Part shown: piece by piece, positions 59,991-64,000 of the stretch
Layout: each line of letters opens with the position of its first letter
Position numbering within the stretch: position 1 is the stretch's first letter
Notes under the pieces: generated by a model
The model's database searches: none
What the model saw: only the letters and a program-made list of their open reading frames with translations
What the model was told of the DNA's origin: nothing
Program-made: the position numbers and the translations under genes
Source of the DNA: Tubiluchus corallicola
Lineage: Eukaryota; Animalia; Priapulida
Length of the DNA stretch: 64,000 nt
Assembly: GCA_030141605.1 (NCBI GenBank)
Contig: JAQGDQ010000108.1
Span: 496,001 to 560,000 of the forward strand
Reading direction: 5' to 3'

Positions 59991-62303
59991 TAAACATGTC
60001 GCAATTTATAACTTTATGGTACAACAACTTAATAAACTAATAAGCTCACGTTCTGGACGCTACCTTGCATTAAGTCATATCACTTAGCTGCAGAACTATA
60101 CAAAACCGGATTTTATTGTGAAAATTATGTTTGATATCAAAACCTGTTTAAGAATTTATGCACTCACCTCCAGGGTTAAGGAATTTAATAAATTACGCTT
60201 CAGTTAATCTTACCCGTGCATGATCATACAAATAATACGCAACAATTTATAGCTAACTCGTGTATGTAGTTTAAAACGCGCAAAGCTGTGATTGTAAAAA
60301 TATGGGCTAATTCAAGTGAGACTTTAGTGTACAACTCACTAGCATACTTGTTATAAAAAAGATACAGAAAATTATCTATGCCGGTTTTGAATTTATATAC
60401 TTCTGCATTTTGCAATAATTTGGTCGTTTGCGAGCTGTTGCCGGCGATAAATTTCACAGATGCCTTAATCTCTCCTAGTGATAATTAGCTTGAACTGAAG
60501 TAAGTTTTGTGATATATAGTTTATTAACAAATAACACATTCGAAAACATACAACGTTAACTACACTAATACAGTTATGTAACACGCTACACAAAAAACAA
60601 CCAGAAAATAGGCAAAATCGCCATATTGAACTTGTTTTTTCTTGAACTTGTTTTTTCTTTTCTCAACACAGACTGAATTGATATTGTGACATTGATATAG
60701 GCATCAAAATACAAAGTTTTTCCTAGGCTTCAAAAATTCCAAAATATGGGTATATTTATTTTATGTTCAAGTTCTTTTTTTGCAAGAGTTACTGTGTTCA
60801 GAGATTGAGTTTTCCACAATCGATCTTTTTAGTCGTTACAAAAAAGAAGCAATGACCTTTTTCTTTAAAGTGGTTTATGAGGACCGAATAGCAACTGTGT
60901 AAAATTTGATCTTTAGACGATTTTACGAGAAAGAAATATCTTTTTTTCTATGAAGTCGTTCGTAATTCGCTTTCACTAATTTTTTCATCGCTTTTTCTGC
61001 CTAAATTTTTCTTTCACTACTAACTTAGCCATCGTCTAAATGACATTATACTCGCATAAAAAATCATGGCTGTAGGCTATATATTAGTAGCCAAGAAAAA
61101 TAACCGTGGCTTGGGTCACGTCCTGCATAATGATAGTCGTTGCCGTTGGTTAAACGGCAAAATGGCATTGAATAAGTGACTCGGTCAAAATGCAATAAAT
61201 CGGAATTTTCACCTGATCATTTACACGTATACGCGTGCAGGAGGACCAAATCTGAAATATTTTCAATACGAAATATTTAAACGCATTCGAAAAGAACTAT
61301 ATATTTGACGTCCGTTTAGACGTATAACAATAGTCAAGTGAAAATAGACCGCAGGGTTGAAAAGATGGTTAAAATGACACCCGTCTAGTGAACAAATTAT
61401 TTTATGCTTGCAATTGTAGTATTTTTATTGCTTTTAATCTTTGTAGTTTTAGATGTTCTTTGTAACTATTATTATAAATATTTTTGTAATTCTGTGTGTA
61501 TTTTTTGCGTAATTTATTACTTAGCTGTCGAAGTAAGGAATCTAATATAATAATCTGATCAAATTGCTGACAACTGTGTGTTGGATGCATTTGCAAGAAT
61601 TTACCTTTTGTTATTGCTGCTATTCTTTCTCTTTGTTTCCCACCTTTTCTGTGACCGCGATCAGTGATTTTATACTTCTGTGTTTGTCCGTTATGCTTTT
61701 TATTTGCTGTACTTCTCTGTTTTTAACGCGATTGTATCCCTTTTAGTGCGATATCTTTATGTGTTAATAATATAAACAAATAATTCCACCCAAAAATTAG
61801 TATTAATAATTCCATGTGTTTTAGTCCTTTTTCTTTCACCTGAATACAAACTACAAGAGTACTTTCAAAACGTGGTGTTCTTCTTGCTTTCTCCCTTGTT
61901 TTTTTTTATTTCTGGCACTTTTTTACTTCATTGCTGTTATTGTTAATGTTATTTTACGAGCAATTGCCATTTTACAACAAATTTCAAAAATTCTGCATAC
62001 ATATTAACAGCACAAATCATTCATTGGCAGCTCATAATTCATTCCTAATAATTTGTTAGTTCACGTTGTTTAATTTGGGTTGCGGCAACTGGGTATTCAG
62101 AGCTTTACGATCAATATGGGTAAACTACGAGGTGCCAGCTAGTGACATCTAACTATACATTTTTAAGTCAACAACGGTTACGGTCAGAAAGAAACTGTAA
62201 CAACAAAAATGATTGGAATAACAGCTTCCTTTTGCGCTTTGCCTAGAGAATGGACTCCTGAAAATATAAAACTTTACTAGATTAATAATATAAGTTAAAC
62301 GAC

Positions 62304-64000
62304 ATGCTATCAATACCACCGCCACTAGAAAGTAATCACAGATGTGTCAACGAACTAATGCATCATGTAAACAATTTCAGGTATAATTCTGAGGGACCTG
62401 CAATGACTCTCACAATGGCTTCCGATCAAGAGATAGCAATAGCTACTGTTAAAATCGACATGCTGCTGAATCAGATTAGAAAATTTGGGTACATTGTTGC
62501 TGGTACGGGCTTCGTCGTCGCTCTCTTACACGTGATTGTAATCGTAGCCATTGTCATTGCACTTGGTCATTTCCGACCATCAAGTCCAGTACTAAGCGTC
62601 ATCGGACTGATCATACTCATATCTGGATTGCAAGACATGAAAACAGCTACGTTCTTTAAAAACAGTGATAAATATGCTATAAATATTACCCTATTCTTGT
62701 CGCTTGTTAGCGTGGTGGTGTCACTTAGTGCTCTCATTTACCTTGCTGTTACAATAGGCCTGCAGAATGTAAACAAATTCCAAATTTTAGCACTGGATGT
62801 ATTTATTCTCATCGTTCAGATAGTGTGTTTTCTGACAAGTACAGCTGTTGCTCTTTTGGTCGCCCATAAAGCCATTCTTGTAAAAGAAATATCAAACAAG
62901 TTATCTCTTAATGCAAAAGTCTGTGATAAATCTCACAGTGTCACTAATAGTAGCAAACTAAACGAAACGTATGATAACCTGGCGTTCACCGTTGATGAGA
63001 ACTCGCAGGAGGTGAAAAAAGTCTGCTGCAATACGGAACAAAATGAAACTTCATCAGCACCTGTTAAGAAGTGTAATTTTGCAATGACAAATGGTGTGGA
63101 AAATTTAAGTCACACAAGTCTACAAAGGTCTTCCTTGCCGTTTGATGACGTAGGTGGATTCGCTTTGGTAGATTTAGACGACGGGGATGATTCAGTGTTT
63201 CCCAGAAGTGTATCCCTTGTGGAAGTGGACGTTGTTTTTCCAGAATGCGTAGAGACTGCTCTCACAGAATTAGAAAAAAATAGAAGGGATGACAACGACG
63301 AAGAAGAGGTACCAGATTGTGGCAATGAAAGTTGCTTCGTTCCCACTGGAGATGAGATGGACATGTACCGGATGAGCCTTTCACAGCTGATGCAGATCTT
63401 CAACAAGTCCAAACTGAGTGCACAGACTTTGAGTTCCATAAATGTGTTTCTTCGGCGAATGAGCAAAAACCACATTCAGTCTCTGATGCAAAGAATGAGA
63501 AAACGAAAGTTATTGAACGGAGTGGGGTTATACTCATGCCATTGCAAAGAAGCCAACAGTGACACAAGCTTGCTAAATGTGACGCCAACATCCCCATCAA
63601 AAGTTTCTCCTGGCTGGATAGATAGGACGGAGACGAAAAATCCCTTTCCGGGTTCTTCATTCAGTTCTTCTCTTTCGTCTTCATCCTCAAAAAAGGCTCA
63701 TCCATTTGAACAAGAAACACTAAGCTCAAACTTGGACGAATCAGACATAACTATCCCACATGAAACACAACAATATCAACAAAATGGTTTTACGAAATTT
63801 GCTAACGAGAAACACTCTTTCCAAACACCCGGTCAAATTCTGCAGTTAACACCCGTCAACTCATCCTCTCACGAAACTAGCGTACAAGAGCAATCAAAAT
63901 TAAATAGCAGACAGGACACTGTGGGTTTTACACCTCTTTCGGATAAAAACTCTACGCCAACAATAGAAGATAGTACCCCTGTGCCACCAGCGCGACGACA
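62304..64000 (+). CDS. Four-transmembrane protein with long low-complexity C-terminal tail (3' truncated by the window)
   Basis: Frame from ATG 62304 is open to the window end (565 codons), so it is absent from the ORF track. Four hydrophobic segments (YIVAGTGFVVALLHVIVIVAIVIAL; VLSVIGLIILISGL; INITLFLSLVSVVVSLSALIYLAVTIGL; ILALDVFILIVQIVCFLTSTAVALLVA) are followed by an S/T/E-rich tail. Confidence 0.85.
   Translation, partial: MLSIPPPLESNHRCVNELMHHVNNFRYNSEGPAMTLTMASDQEIAIATVKIDMLLNQIRKFGYIVAGTGFVVALLHVIVIVAIVIALGHFRPSSPVLSVIGLIILISGLQDMKTATFFKNSDKYAINITLFLSLVSVVVSLSALIYLAVTIGLQNVNKFQILALDVFILIVQIVCFLTSTAVALLVAHKAILVKEISNKLSLNAKVCDKSHSVTNSSKLNETYDNLAFTVDENSQEVKKVCCNTEQNETSSAPVKKCNFAMTNGVENLSHTSLQRSSLPFDDVGGFALVDLDDGDDSVFPRSVSLVEVDVVFPECVETALTELEKNRRDDNDEEEVPDCGNESCFVPTGDEMDMYRMSLSQLMQIFNKSKLSAQTLSSINVFLRRMSKNHIQSLMQRMRKRKLLNGVGLYSCHCKEANSDTSLLNVTPTSPSKVSPGWIDRTETKNPFPGSSFSSSLSSSSSKKAHPFEQETLSSNLDESDITIPHETQQYQQNGFTKFANEKHSFQTPGQILQLTPVNSSSHETSVQEQSKLNSRQDTVGFTPLSDKNSTPTIEDSTPVPPARR

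Noticed and set aside
63110-63660. Two minus-strand ORFs of 121 and 86 aa
   Set aside because: Antisense shadows of the long plus-strand frame starting at 62304.

Overview
AT-rich, intron-containing invertebrate animal DNA; the taxon cannot be fixed from the sequence alone. Gene models built by hand from GT-AG splice sites: (1) the 3' four exons of a class A neuropeptide-type GPCR with a ~390-aa C-tail (+, 1145-6380); (2) a 4-exon, 211-aa secreted protein with signal peptide, very acidic spacer and one cationic anaphylatoxin-like CC..G..C..C..CC module (+, 9761-14463); (3) a minus-strand tandem array of insulin/relaxin/IGF-family units over ~13 kb: one intact gene (45845-46878), one with intact promoter and B-chain exon but no canonical A-chain exon (36778-37428), and two decayed units (~40927-42653 and ~33959-35261); (4) an 8-exon, 420-aa CHST15-like carbohydrate sulfotransferase (-, 49468-58459), with a decayed copy of its exon 7 just upstream of the intact insulin-like gene; (5) a single open frame for a four-TM protein with a long tail running off the window end (+, 62304->64000). 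The rest is microsatellites, minisatellites, MITE/foldback elements, a solo LTR, and LINE, Tc1 and SINE remnants. The most promising novelties are the insulin/relaxin-like birth-and-death array and the stand-alone anaphylatoxin-like secreted protein. No database searches were run; family calls rest on recognised motifs.
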